Of a DNA stretch of 64,000 bases, positions 53,255-64,000 are shown one piece after another. The stretch is from positions 297,476,001-297,540,000 of the forward strand of contig OZ024741.1 in the NCBI GenBank assembly GCA_964016885.1, given 5' to 3'. Source of the stretch: Eledone cirrhosa. Lineage: Eukaryota. The notes under the pieces were generated by a model. That model saw only the letters and a program-made list of their open reading frames with translations. It did no database searches and was not told the origin of the DNA. Within the stretch, counting starts at the first letter, position 1, and each line of letters starts with the position of its first letter. The position numbers and the translations under genes are program-made.

Positions 53255-53457
53255 GTAAGTGGGTTGGCTGAAACGTTCATAGGCTGACTATGAAGGAGTG
53301 ATGCTAGAACTGTGGAATTTTGCATGCATTAATTTCAACTCTTCTTATTAATAACTGCATTGTTTATTTACAGGGATAATGTTAAAAATAAACCTCATTT
53401 GGTCATTCTTTGAGAGTATCTTGGTCAGCCTATGAACTTTTCAGTCGACTTTCGTAT
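53255..53457. mobile_element. Mariner-type MITE
   Basis: Inverted termini GTTGGCTGAAACGTTCATAGGCTGAC and GTCAGCCTATGAACTTTTCAGTCGAC. Confidence 0.7.
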
Positions 53458-53889
53458 TTTATCGAATACCCTATCAAATATATATACATAGGCGACGAAT
53501 TGGCAGAGTCGTTAGAACGTCGGATAGAATGCTTTGCCGTATTCATTTCGGCTTACTATTCCCCGAGTTCAAATCTCGCCGAGGTCAACTTTGCCTTTCA
53601 TCCATTCCAGATCGATGAAAAAGTACCAGTCTAATACTGGGTAGATTCTTCCTCCATATATCTTTCTCACTTCCGTTCTCTCGCTCTCTATTCTTCTCTG
53701 GAAGAAATCTACTATATTCAGACCTGGAGAGGAAATAGGCTCCGCTAGGTTTAGACACGCTGTACGTCAATATAGCGCCCCTTCGACTCCCTCAAGAATT
53801 ACGAGAAAGAAAATATATACATGCCAACAATTCCATTGGTTTTGATTTAAACAAACACAACAAAATAACCCCCTTTTTTTATATTTCAG

Positions 53890-54093
53890 AAAAAGATCTT
53901 CCAATCTTACCAGTTGCATTTTCAGTTCGAATGGAAATAAACGCCATTTCAAGCAACAAAACAACTGAAATCTATGCATTTGTTGATGATCGTATCAACA
54001 AGACGGCTTTGAGAATAGATTCTGAAGAGTTGTCGATTTTCAGTATTTTTGACTTCAATACGAAACAACTCATCATAACTGAATCTGTGAAGG
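53890..54093 (+). CDS. Secreted ependymin/LolA-like protein, coding exon 2
   Basis: tttCAG|...G|GTAGG, phase 1/1; KKDLPILPVAFSVRMEINAISSNKTTEIYAFVDDRINKTALRID...IFDFNTKQ. Confidence 0.8.
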
Positions 54094-54601
54094 GTAGGGA
54101 TGATTTCTATAATTTTAAATGTACTTTTCTTGATATTGACAAAATATGAGTTGTAAATGTAATTTACGCTGAATCTCCCTGAGAACTATGTTAAGGGTAC
54201 ATTTTTTCCTCGATAATATTTGAGTCATAACCTAAAAAGTTTAAAGTCTGTTTCGAGCCCTGGGGCTTATTAGGCCGGTGTTTATCCTGGTTTCCGTAGG
54301 GTGAAGCGACTGAGAGTACATCTTCCCCTGGACAAGACGCCAGTTCATCGCAGGGTTAAACGTCCAGCTACTGCTGGCATCCATTTTCAGCCGTTTATAG
54401 TGGAGCAACATGAAATGAAATGTTTCGCTCAAGAACGCAACACACTACCCAGTCCAGGAATCGAAGCCACGGCAACTTAACCACTAGCCACGCGCCTCCA
54501 CTTTTGAGACATAGTGCTACTGCCGATACCGTATCCCACTATTTTTGATTTATTACACTCGTAAGGAAAAATATTATATATATATATATATGTACTGTAC
54601 A

Positions 54602-54644
<43 letters not shown>

Positions 54645-54682
54645 TCACTCTCTCTCACTCTCTCACTCACACACACACTGTA

Positions 54683-55231
54683 CACGAGGGGGCTTCAGAA
54701 TGTTCGTGGAAAAAGTTCATAGCTAAATATCATATGCAGAGATTTTGATCTCAATGCACCAGTACGTTCTCGTACTAACATATCATAACATGTTCTAACA
54801 TGAAAACTTAAGTGCATGTTGCAACGCGACACCGCCTGTCGGAAGTCAGCACCCGCTTGAGCAACATGGCCTCCATCAAAACACCAAATTCATAGTGAAG
54901 TTAGGGTGGAAGAGCAGCCAAATTATTGACACTCTGGAGAAAATTTATGGGGACAATGCCCTAAAGAAATCAACAACCTACAAATGGATGTCATTTTAGT
55001 AGTGGAAGAGATGAAGTTGAAGATGATCTCCAATTGAAGCAGTAAAAAAGCTGCTTTGACGTGGTTTAAATCGCATGGCCCTCAGTTTTACACAGATAGA
55101 ATTAAAGGCTGGTATCAACGTTTGCAGAAGTGTATTGACCTAGACAGAGCATATGTTGAAAAATGAACATCATAACTTAAACCGTTTTTTCCAACTGTGC
55201 TTTTTCCACGAACTTTTTGAAGCCCCTCGTA
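54683..55231 (+). mobile_element. Internally deleted mariner element with both TIRs and TA duplication
   Basis: TA-CACGAGGGGGCTTCAGAATGTTCGTGGAAAAA ... TTTTTCCACGAACTTTTTGAAGCCCCTCGTA-TA; remnants KFIVKLGWK...YGDNALKKSTTYKW and RLQKCIDLDRAYVEK. Confidence 0.88.
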
Positions 55232-55374
55232 TATGCATTATTATATTTATCACCTGAATAGATTTCAATTTCATATAGTATGCCGAACTGTTTGTAGCAT
55301 ATGCGTCTGTATAAATATAATAGGACATTACAATGCTTGTGTTGTTATTATTTTTTCTTTTCACATTTCTTTAG

Positions 55375-55599
55375 ATGATGATATTAACAATTGTAATGTT
55401 AAGAAAATTACTGACATAGATGTGCAATCAATCATTCAGCAGATTTTAGATCTCAGTAAAATAAAGAGACCGGCACTTCCTAAAACAGAGTACATTAAAT
55501 ACCTAAAATCTTCTGAAGTGCATGGTGCAATAGTTGAGGGCTGGGAACTTTGTGGGACCATCGGTAAGGAAACCATCAAAGTGAATTTATACTTCTCAG
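55375..55599 (+). CDS. Secreted ependymin/LolA-like protein, coding exon 3
   Basis: ttctttAG|...G|GTATGT, phase 1/1; DDDINNCNVKKI...YLKSSEVHGAIVEGWELCG...VNLYFS. Confidence 0.82.
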
Positions 55600-55926
55600 G
55601 TATGTCTCTTCTTTATACAGAACATTTTCTTTTAAGTACAAAAAACAACCGATCATATGTCAGGAGCGGTAGAACTGGGGGATGGGGGATGCAGGGCAAG
55701 TCATGTTTTTTATATCTTAGTTGATATTTGATAATAACAGCTAAGCTAAGCACTACAACTAAATTGACCAAATTTGGCCTCCCCTCACCACCCAATTCAG
55801 AAATGCTTCCACCGTCCCTGCAGTGCTATGTTTACTAACCGACAGTAGTGTCTTCATAAACATTTCAACGAAACAACCATTAAATTAACGTACGAATGTC
55901 TCTTCAGACTGGTCTACCTTTAACAT

Positions 55927-56306
55927 ACTCTCGGTTCCTCAATAAGCGGGGATGGTGGTGGAAAATCGATAATTCTTCTAGGTTGTTTCCCTTTGATTTT
56001 TTAAAAAACCAGTATTAGTCGTTTAGTTTACATATTGGGACCCCAAACCCATCCTATTTATTTTATAACGTATGGGATTTCTTGTAATATTCTTTTTTTT
56101 GCCATCTATAATGTTTTTTAATGTCTAAAGAAATTAAATGTCGCAGGAATGCTACCACTTAAAATAAAATTTCGCCGGAGACAGATTAGCAAAATTTAAT
56201 TAGCGGGAGTCGGGGTTGAATAAGAACGGGGTGGTGGTGGAAAAAAAAACTGAAAAAATATAAGCGGTGGGAGGGGGGGGGGGGGCATTATTCGGGACCC
56301 GATGGT
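55927..56306. mobile_element. Non-autonomous DNA transposon
   Basis: Imperfect TIRs TACTCTCGGTTCCTCAATAA / TTATTCGGGACCCGATGGTA; related pieces at 21780-22115 and 36300-36460. Confidence 0.55.
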
Positions 56307-57545
56307 AGATGATAAATATCGCCCTTGTGGATCATTTCCCAAGACAATATATCACATTTTATCAGGATGTCTTACACTAAGTCTGACAAAAGCAGTTGTA
56401 CATGCACTTAGCCCAGAGGCGTAACTAGGGTATGGCAAGCATGGCACGTATCGAGGGTGCCACATGAAGGGGGTGCCAGTTGGACTAGGAGCATGTTCTA
56501 TAAAAGTCAAATAAACCTCGCCAGAGAGTGAAAAAGGAAACTTCTTCAGATGTATGATCTGTCTCTATCATGGGTGAGAACACTATGGTGGCTGGATCAT
56601 TACACCATTTATATAAATTATTAGGCCCATAGGTTAAAATACAATCAAAATGGGTTGGGGCGCAGTTTCACTGCTTGACATAGACGCTATTTTCCCTGGT
56701 TATGCCTCAGTCCAAGCCCCAAATTATATAACCATCTGTCATTGTATGGAAAATCCAGTATGTGGGAAATAAACTATTTTAGCCAGGTTGTATTTAAAAA
56801 TTCCTCAATCAATATCAATGGAAGTGTCTGCCAATTCCAATGTTTTGTTCAAAATTGCAGAACATTGTGAGTTCGATTCCCGGCGGTGAGTTATGTTCTT
56901 GAGCAAGATACATTATTTCGCGTTGTTTCAGTCCAATCAACTGGGAAAACATTAGTTGTATCTGCCAGCCTCGTCATATTCTGTGCCACGCTGAATCACT
57001 CTTAGAATTATGTTAAAGGAACACGTGCCTGAAGAGAGACACTCATACGTTAATTTAATGAACAGGCTGTTTCGTTGTTTGAATAACTGGTCGTACTAGG
57101 TCAGATATAACGCATGAAATATTTATGAAGACACTGCCGTCGGTTAGTAAACAGAGATATAGTACGTGTGTAGTCAGAAGGAGAAAATAGGATTCCACCA
57201 CTTTTTTATTTTTTTTGCTGATAATAGATGCACTACAAGATGTAATTTACAGCAACAGTAAGTTAACTCAATGTGACCAACATAAATGTAATTTCTAATT
57301 TAAGCTTAATGCCAGAAAATTTGGGTGGGAAGTTAAGTTGATTATATCAATGCCAGTACTTGACTGGTACTTTGTATTAGCGACATCAAAAGGATGAAAG
57401 GCAATAGACCTCGGCGGGATTTGAACCTAGATCGTAAAGACCTGTAACTAAATGCCGCAAAACATTTGTCCAACATATTAACGATTCTGCCAAATTACCA
57501 CTCTCATACATAAATAATTGTTCTTTTATTTCGTTTTCCAAATAG

Positions 57546-57700
57546 CTGCGGGTTGGGCAACATCTTCAGGAACGAAGAATGTTCCCATCCGTGTCACCTT
57601 CCTTAGCCAAACATTACAAAATGGTATTCTCAAAAATACTCAATATCTAATTGAGTTCTCCGACTACGATCCTAGACCTCCAAGTTTCAAAATCTTTGAG
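57546..57700 (+). CDS. Secreted ependymin/LolA-like protein, coding exon 4
   Basis: aatAG|...GAG|GTAAGT, phase 1/0; AAGWATSSGTKNVPIRVTF...IEFSDYDPRPPSFKIFE. Confidence 0.82.
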
Positions 57701-59404
57701 GTAAGTTATGTACGTTCTAGTAGTAGTAGTAGTAATAGTAGTAATTATTATTATGATTTTTTTTTATGACCACAAGTGTCCAAGACATTGGGGACACTGG
57801 AAGGATAAAACAATAGAGTGGGGCTTACAAAGAAAAGGGGAAAGCAAAATTACGAATGTCAACTAAAACCAGTTTCCCAATGAGGTGAAGGGGGACCACT
57901 TTAGGGTAATTCTTGGAAGAACGCCACGCAAAACCCCGGATTACTCTGTCACCCTACCGACATTAAAACTGCCCCCTCCCGGTTTCCGCCTTTCTACTTA
58001 GAAAAACATAGTCAGGTTATGCCTATTCAGTCGCGCCAACCTCACCATTCTCACCCATCTTTCATAAAACATACCAGAAGGTGGCACCGCCCTCTCCACC
58101 CTTACTTTTCTTTTCAAGTAGAAGTTGATGAGGATTTTGCTGCACATAAAGATTCCTGTCCCCAATCCATTGACACCTGTCCGCCATACAGCTTCCTTTA
58201 CTATAGCTACCAGACAGAGGAAGACGCTGTGATTCCCTTCTAGTTCAATCCTCCTTATAGTCACGGTTGAAAGGCGGATTTAACCACATGACAGATTTTA
58301 GAGACAAGCTACATGTTTGTAATGCACGAACACTGGACAATAGCACATAGGACGGTTCCATCCCCCTGCGTGCATCTCGAACAAGTCTTATTGTTGGCAC
58401 TTCCGTGCCTGTAGAGCTTGCCTCGGACTGGTAGTACCCCTCTGTAGCCCTGCCATGCCAGAGATATTTGGAAATTGCTCATTATCCCCGACCTGAAAAT
58501 CCTCCAAAAAACCTGTTCATGCTGTCCTCAATGCACAGAGCTGCTGCCAGGCCATCGCCACACATACGTTCCACCAATCCTCTATAGAACGCAAGTGTTG
58601 TTTTCTGACGGCCTATCTCGTTGTTCAGCCTGGTAGCGCTCTAGATGCCAGATACTTAACATTGGTTTGCGCTTGACTCAGGAATGTTGTTCGATCAAGG
58701 AAGCGATCACGTGGAAAGACTTAAGGCACGAAAGGCACCCATACTGGTTGGGCTTCGCTTTTGCTGTCTTCGTCATCGTGGTACTTAATTTAATTCTGCA
58801 GTGCGTTAGCAGTAGCGCGTATCTACGCATCATTGGTGATAGCACCCGAGGCCACTATGAAGTAGATGTTGGTAGCAGATGGATTTTCTGACCAGTGGAA
58901 TTTGTCTCTTCCACAAGAAGTGGAAGTGCATGCATTCCAGTCTGGTGAGGTATTTTCTTTTTTTGGTGTGGGGAGGGATAGTGAGGAGCATGATATACCA
59001 GTGAAGTGATGTAGGTGTTTTCCAGTTCTGCCCAACCGTTGTGGGACAGCCTTCTTTCTGTCCATTCGAGAAATCTTGTCAGTAGCCGTCAAACAGTTGG
59101 AACCGCCTGATTAGGTATTTGTGGTTTTTGCACCTCCGCTTCAATCTGCTACTCCCACACGATCCGTGTGTCTATGATGCCGTTCCAGTACGCTGCTAAC
59201 AGTAAAGGGCAAGACGTTCCTAGAAAGACTTCCTGACACCCGAAGAAATCCGGCCGTTCAGCCCCGGTCAAGACGTAGACGGCCACCAGTCTAAAAGTAC
59301 CACCTTCACTGTTGCTCATACATAGGACCAACAACTTACTGTCCGGGCCCAGGTACATTGTCTGTTCCTCGAGGTCCAGGTCTTTCCTAAACAGCACTGC
59401 CACC

Positions 59405-60925
59405 CTGTTAAGTCACTCCTGGGTGTTACTGGTAACATGGCACTCACTACAACCTGTTCCATGGCCGAGTGGTCGGCGACTAAACCGGCAACCCCACCAG
59501 GCTTGCTTGGTGAGGAGGAGGGTGATTATTGAACATCCTGCAGGACGAAAAACAAAGCCTGTCAAAGGGTGGAGGAGCTCGTGTGAGTGAACGGCCATTC
59601 ATTAGCATGTACATATGTGGGTTGCAGTCAGGTCAGGTTGTTCTGGTTTCTCTGATTGTCCTGCTACTGGCTACCATGCAACCCTGTTAGATTGGGCCAG
59701 ATGGAGGTTGTTGGCCTTGGCAGGTAGTCCATTTAGGAGAAGGAAAACTCTGAATCCAAACCTCCGCTGCCTTGCGGTGATATCCAATCATGGGAAGGCT
59801 TCAGGAGTAAACCTTGTGGAAAAATCCGTTGATTACAACTTTGTTCTGGCAGCTCCTGCGACAACGCTACTGCCAAACTAGCAGTCTCGCTACCACTTTG
59901 GATCCAGCAGCGTTGTGGAGTGGGGGGGGCATGCTGTATGGGCAACATCCTGTCCTCCAAATCACATCACCCAGGCTTGTATCCAGCCACTCCATTCTAT
60001 GCATCACTCAACACAACCTGCACCGTACACCTGGAGAGGACACTCCAGCTTCGCCTACAGCGTGGACACAACACAGAGGCACAACCGGTCATCAAAATCG
60101 ATTACTATAAGCTCGACGTCGTCCATCAGTTCACCTACCTCAGTTCCACCATCACCGACAACCTCCCCCTGGACACAGAGCTCGACAGGAGGATTGGAAA
60201 GGCAGCCACAATATTTTCTCGCCTCACAACCCGAGTGTGGACAAACCCCAAGCTGGTGGTAAAGACCAAGATGGCTGTGTACAATGCCTGTGCCATTGGC
60301 ACACTGCTGTATGGTAGTGAGATATGGTCCCCATATGCTAGACAGGAGAGGCGACTCAACAACTTCCATGTGAGAAACCTGCGCCGTATCCTGGGTATAT
60401 CCTGGCAGGACAGAATACTCAATGCCGAGGTACTTAGTCGTGCTGGCCTTCCCAGCATGTTTACCCTGCTCTGACAACACAGACTACGCTGGCTAGGACA
60501 CGTCCACCGCATGAATGATGGCCGCATCCACAAAGACATTTTATATGGGGAGCTGGCCTCTGGAAAGAGAGCCACCGGTCGACCTCGGCTGCGACACAAG
60601 GACATTGTGAAGAGAGATATGAAGGCCATTGAGCTCAATACAGAGTCCCGGGAGGGCCTCGCAGCTGACAGGCCAAGATGGAGAAACACCTTGAATCAAT
60701 ACATCAAATCAGGGGGAGGAGACTTTAATGACTGCAGCAGTAGACAGGAGAGCGCGGCGAAAGGAGCGCAATAAATCCAACAGACCAGAGACCATATACA
60801 GATGTGTTCAATGCGACAGAGACTGTCACGCACGTATAGGTTTGTTTAACCACTGGAGACGCTGTTCCAACCGAGCTGACAACAGGATACTACCCAGGAT
60901 ACTACCCGAAGGAGGCTTTAACTTA
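59405..60925 (+). mobile_element. RTE (BovB/RTE-1-like) element nested in the Tx1 copy; 5' region joined to the RT 3' end
   Basis: FTYLSS...RIGKAA...LLYGSEIW...RRILGISWQD...DGRIHKDILYGEL...GRP, then C-terminal CVQC...HWRRC. Direct repeat ACTGCCACC at 59396-59404 and 60926-60934. Confidence 0.88.
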
Positions 60926-61144
60926 ACTGCCACCATGTCTCCCATTCCAGGGCGACTAAAAAATGAAAGATCTCATAGTCGTCAAAAATAGGGTATAGTG
61001 TGCGTGTGTCTAAAATCTTGGTCTCGCTGACGGCAGTAACATCAATATCTAGTGACTTGAGGTCGTTTAGCAAGTGGCCTTGCTTCCAAGACGATCCCGG
61101 GCCACGAACATTTATGCATCCTACTCTTATAATAGCCATAGTGA

Positions 61145-61185
61145 CTAATTCCATAAGGAAAAAAAAGGGGGGGGGGGATACTTAC
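61145..61185 (-). other. Putative 41-nt GT-AG mini-intron at the ORF1/ORF2 junction of Tx1 copy 2
   Basis: GAGG|GTAAGTAT(C)11(T)8CCTTATGGAATTAG|TCACTATG; removal gives in-frame GAG GTC ACT ATG. Confidence 0.5.
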
Positions 61186-61402
61186 CCTCCTGGTGCTGTT
61201 CGACATCGGGTGGTTCGACCTCCATATTTGGTGGAATTTCCTTTTGGAACCCTTTTAAAATCCTACTGGTGGTTCTCATATTAGGGGTCTCTATGTCATG
61301 TGAAAAGCTTTCTCTAATGCCTCTGTAGGCATTAGAATTTCATTAGAATTTCAGGCACTTTGGCTGGTGCAAAAAATCTTCCCCTCTTTTTCAATCTTTC
61401 AG

Positions 61403-61531
61403 ATACCAAAAGGAACTTATTGTAAGGGATCTGACTACAAAAAGGACTTACCTAAATTGAAGACAGTTTTTTCGACTGGACTAGAGAGAATCCTCCTGGG
61501 GTCACAGAATTCACAAAGAATTAACCAATAT
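61403..61531 (+). CDS. Secreted ependymin/LolA-like protein, coding exon 5 (linker and start of second repeat)
   Basis: tttCAG|...TAT|GTAAGT, phase 0/0; IPKGTYCKGSDYKKDLPKLKTVFSTGLE, echoing KKDLPILPVAFS in exon 2. Confidence 0.82.
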
Positions 61532-62367
61532 GTAAGTAAAACTAAACTTCTTTCTCTTGCATACTTGATTATGAACAATATTGTTTTTACGTATATCGCT
61601 AGAACACAATGGATGGACAACCGTCTGTTTCGTCGATGAGTGTCCCAGTTGACTGATCAATGGAATAGCTTGCTCATGAAATTAACGTGTAAATGGTTGA
61701 GCATTCCACAGACACGCGGATCCTTAACGCAATTCTTAGTGATACGGTGTGTAACGATGGCTCTTTGAATTACAGGAGCCGCCTATACGACGGACCTTCA
61801 AGCAGTTTCTGTTTACGCAGTTTCATTCACTAGCTATGGGTCGACCCAAGGCTAAAGCAACTGACATTTGCCAAGACGCTACATTGTGGGATCAAACCCG
61901 GGACCTAATGATTGTGAAGCGAATTCCTTAATCATTCAGCCATGCTGTGACCACAACGCCGGAAAGCAGCTCCAATCAATGATTACATTTCTGGATAAAC
62001 AAATGCTTTGACAAATGCTTTGAGTTTTTGAGGGATCTGTATTACCCTCTATTTTGTCTTAGTAGCAATAAGAAAGAGATTGGTAACGATCCTGGATTTT
62101 AGTGAACGCAGCGGCGGGTATTCACTGATTCGAGCCTATTTTGATGTTGGTGGACCACGTGACTAAGTCTGTCATACGAGGAGAACGTCGCTATCAATGG
62201 TTGACAAACTCATAGAGGTGGGATCTCGGAAAACATACTGGTGGTTGCACAACCTTAATGCTTACTGTATCACATGAATTTTACTTTATATTTTAAACTA
62301 CAGTTGAATTTTATTTATTGTTTTTACTACAAAATAACAAAACATGAAATTTATTCGCCACATTAGT

Positions 62368-63687
62368 GACCACCAAAGAGAATGTCCTCATCCTCGGGTC
62401 ACCGATCCACCCGCCGGCCATCCGCTCCACCATCAGGTCCAGGCTTCAACAGCTCCAGACTCTCACGAGCCGACTGGGCTTGATTGACGGCCACCCAGCT
62501 CTCTTTCTGCTGAGGAACTGCTTCGCCATGCCGAAGCTCCTCTATACACCCCGCAGCGCTCCATGCTACACCCAGACATCTCTCCTCGCTGACCTCGATA
62601 CTTGTATCCGAGTAGCAGCCGAGGGGATATGCAACGTCAAGTTTGACGACATAGGGTGGCAACAGGCCACTTTACAGGTCAGGTATGGAGGCATAGGCTT
62701 CCGGTCCCCGATCTCACTAGCTTTGCCGGCGTATCTTTCGTCAGTAACCTCATGCCGCGTCCTCGTCAGCAGGGTTCTTCAAAACACAACAGAACCCTCT
62801 GTGTTCAGAGAACATGAGGCTGCTTGTGAGACGTGGGACCGGATGGGACTTAGCCCAGTAGACTCCCTCCTCCTTCTCCCCCTGTTGACGTCAAGTCCCC
62901 CCAACGCACTTGGGATGCCATCCAGTGCAGCCTGGCCTCAGACAGGCTCACGCGCCAACTCGACCAGCACCACCTTGCTTGTTTTCGTGCGGCCTCCAAA
63001 CCCCACAGTGGTGCCTGGCTCCATGCTCTGCCCTCCTTCTCCACTGGCACACAGCTAGTCAACCATAGCCTGCGAATCGGCGTTTCCCTGAGGCTCGGCC
63101 TCCGGATTTGCCAGCCACACCAATGTCGCTGCGGTTCCACCGTGGACTCTTTCGGCCTCCACCCGCTTTCCTGTCGCCACAGTGCCGGCCGCATTCCACG
63201 CCATACTGCCATCAACGAGGTCATTAAGCATGGCTTGGACGCTGCAGGCTTTCCTTCCCAGCTCGAGCCGGTGGGGCTGGATCGGGGGACGGCAAAAGGC
63301 CAGATGGGATGACCATCTTCCCGTTCCGCGGTGGCAAACCCCTCGTCTGGGATGCCACTTGCACCGACACTTTCTGCAGCCGCAAGCTGGTGCAGTGTGC
63401 GACTGACCCAGGTTCTGCTGCACGTCGGGCTGAGGGGGCCAAACTCCTCAAATACCGGTCGCTCTCCGACAAGTTTGCGGTCGTTCCCCTGGCAGTGGAA
63501 ACTTCTGGTGTCCTCGGTCCCAGGGCTACCTCCTTACTCCCCACCATAGGCGCTGAGCTGGCCAGCCGCAGGTGTGAGCCCCGCGAGTTGGAGTGGCTTT
63601 TCCAGCGCGTCTCCCTTGCCGTCCTCCGGGAAACGCCTTCTCCATTCTGTCCGCCGGGGCTGTGGGTGGGCCCCATCGCGTACCATT
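62368..63687 (+). mobile_element. 5'-truncated CRE-clade non-LTR element (RT C-terminus, zinc finger, restriction-like endonuclease)
   Basis: LLRNCFAMPKLLY, WQQATL...GGIG, SGAWLHALP, CRCG...HPLSC...RH, KRPDG...PLVWDATCTDT. Visibly GC-rich, with an 8-bp ACATTAGT direct repeat at 62360-62367 and 63688-63695. Confidence 0.82.
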
Positions 63688-63784
63688 ACATTAGTTAAAT
63701 ACCATTCTTTCATCTCATACATATATATTGCACGAGTTAAATTAATGGACTTATCAGAATGACGTCTATACATTTTATTTGTAG

Positions 63785-63896
63785 GTATATTATGATTTCA
63801 GTAAAAAGTTATTTCGATTGGATTATTACGAACACCAGCAGGGAAATTTCGGTTATCTAGCTGGCCCCATGACACAGATCCATGATTTTAATACAG
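63785..63896 (+). CDS. Secreted ependymin/LolA-like protein, coding exon 6 (gene continues beyond the window)
   Basis: tttgtAG|...AG|GTGGGT, phase 0/1; VYYDFSKKLFRLDYY...PMTQIHDFNT(G). Confidence 0.82.
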
Positions 63897-64000
63897 GTGG
63901 GTCACGGATGATGTTACAATTATTTATTTTGTTATTCTAATTATTATTCATCTGTTTAGAAATACAATACGATTTTCCTATATGAAGAGAGGATTAGTTA

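Larger units (their letters stand above)
57760..61290 (-). mobile_element. Second, diverged and internally deleted Tx1-clade LINE (ORF1 end plus ORF2 remnants), interrupted by an RTE
   Basis: MAIIRVGCINVRG...WKQGHLLNDL (60918..61154), GGTFRLVAVY...FLGTS (59149..59403) and VFLCLVAIVKEAVWRT...FYERWVRM (57998..58264) are all homologous to the 30-35 kb element. Confidence 0.85.

Noticed and set aside
62300-62366. Candidate extra exon after a CAG at about 62303
   Set aside because: Runs into a stop with no donor; exon 61403-61531 already joins 63785 in frame with a better motif.

Overview
AT-rich, repeat-dense eukaryotic (metazoan) genomic DNA. The SINE/RTE/microsatellite repertoire suggests a coleoid cephalopod (octopus-like); this is an inference. 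Two host genes diverge. On the minus strand is the first coding exon (21440-21586) of a probable UPF0415/C7orf25 homolog, with a CpG-rich candidate promoter near 27.7-28.1 kb. On the plus strand are six phase-compatible coding exons (48901-63896) of a secreted protein with tandem ependymin/LolA-like domains that runs off the window. The rest is mostly mobile DNA: many decayed RTE LINEs, a CR1/L2-type LINE, a near full-length Tx1-clade LINE (about 30134-35565) plus a second diverged Tx1 copy with a nested RTE, R4/Dong-type and CRE-type fragments, Helitron, mariner and piggyBac relics, a solo LTR and tRNA-derived SINEs. There are four tandem arrays: 41-bp, 43-bp, 38/76-bp, and a composite core+(GT)n array. 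The main candidate novelty is that both Tx1 LINEs carry a 38/41-nt GT-AG mini-intron between ORF1 and ORF2. It contains the ORF1 stop codon, and its removal fuses ORF1 in frame to ORF2 in both copies despite different intron phases. Also notable are an intron-bearing tRNA-Lys(UUU)-like gene with a SINE-like 5' end and a type I hammerhead ribozyme motif. All family calls are from motif recognition by eye; no database searches were run, and repeat boundaries are approximate.
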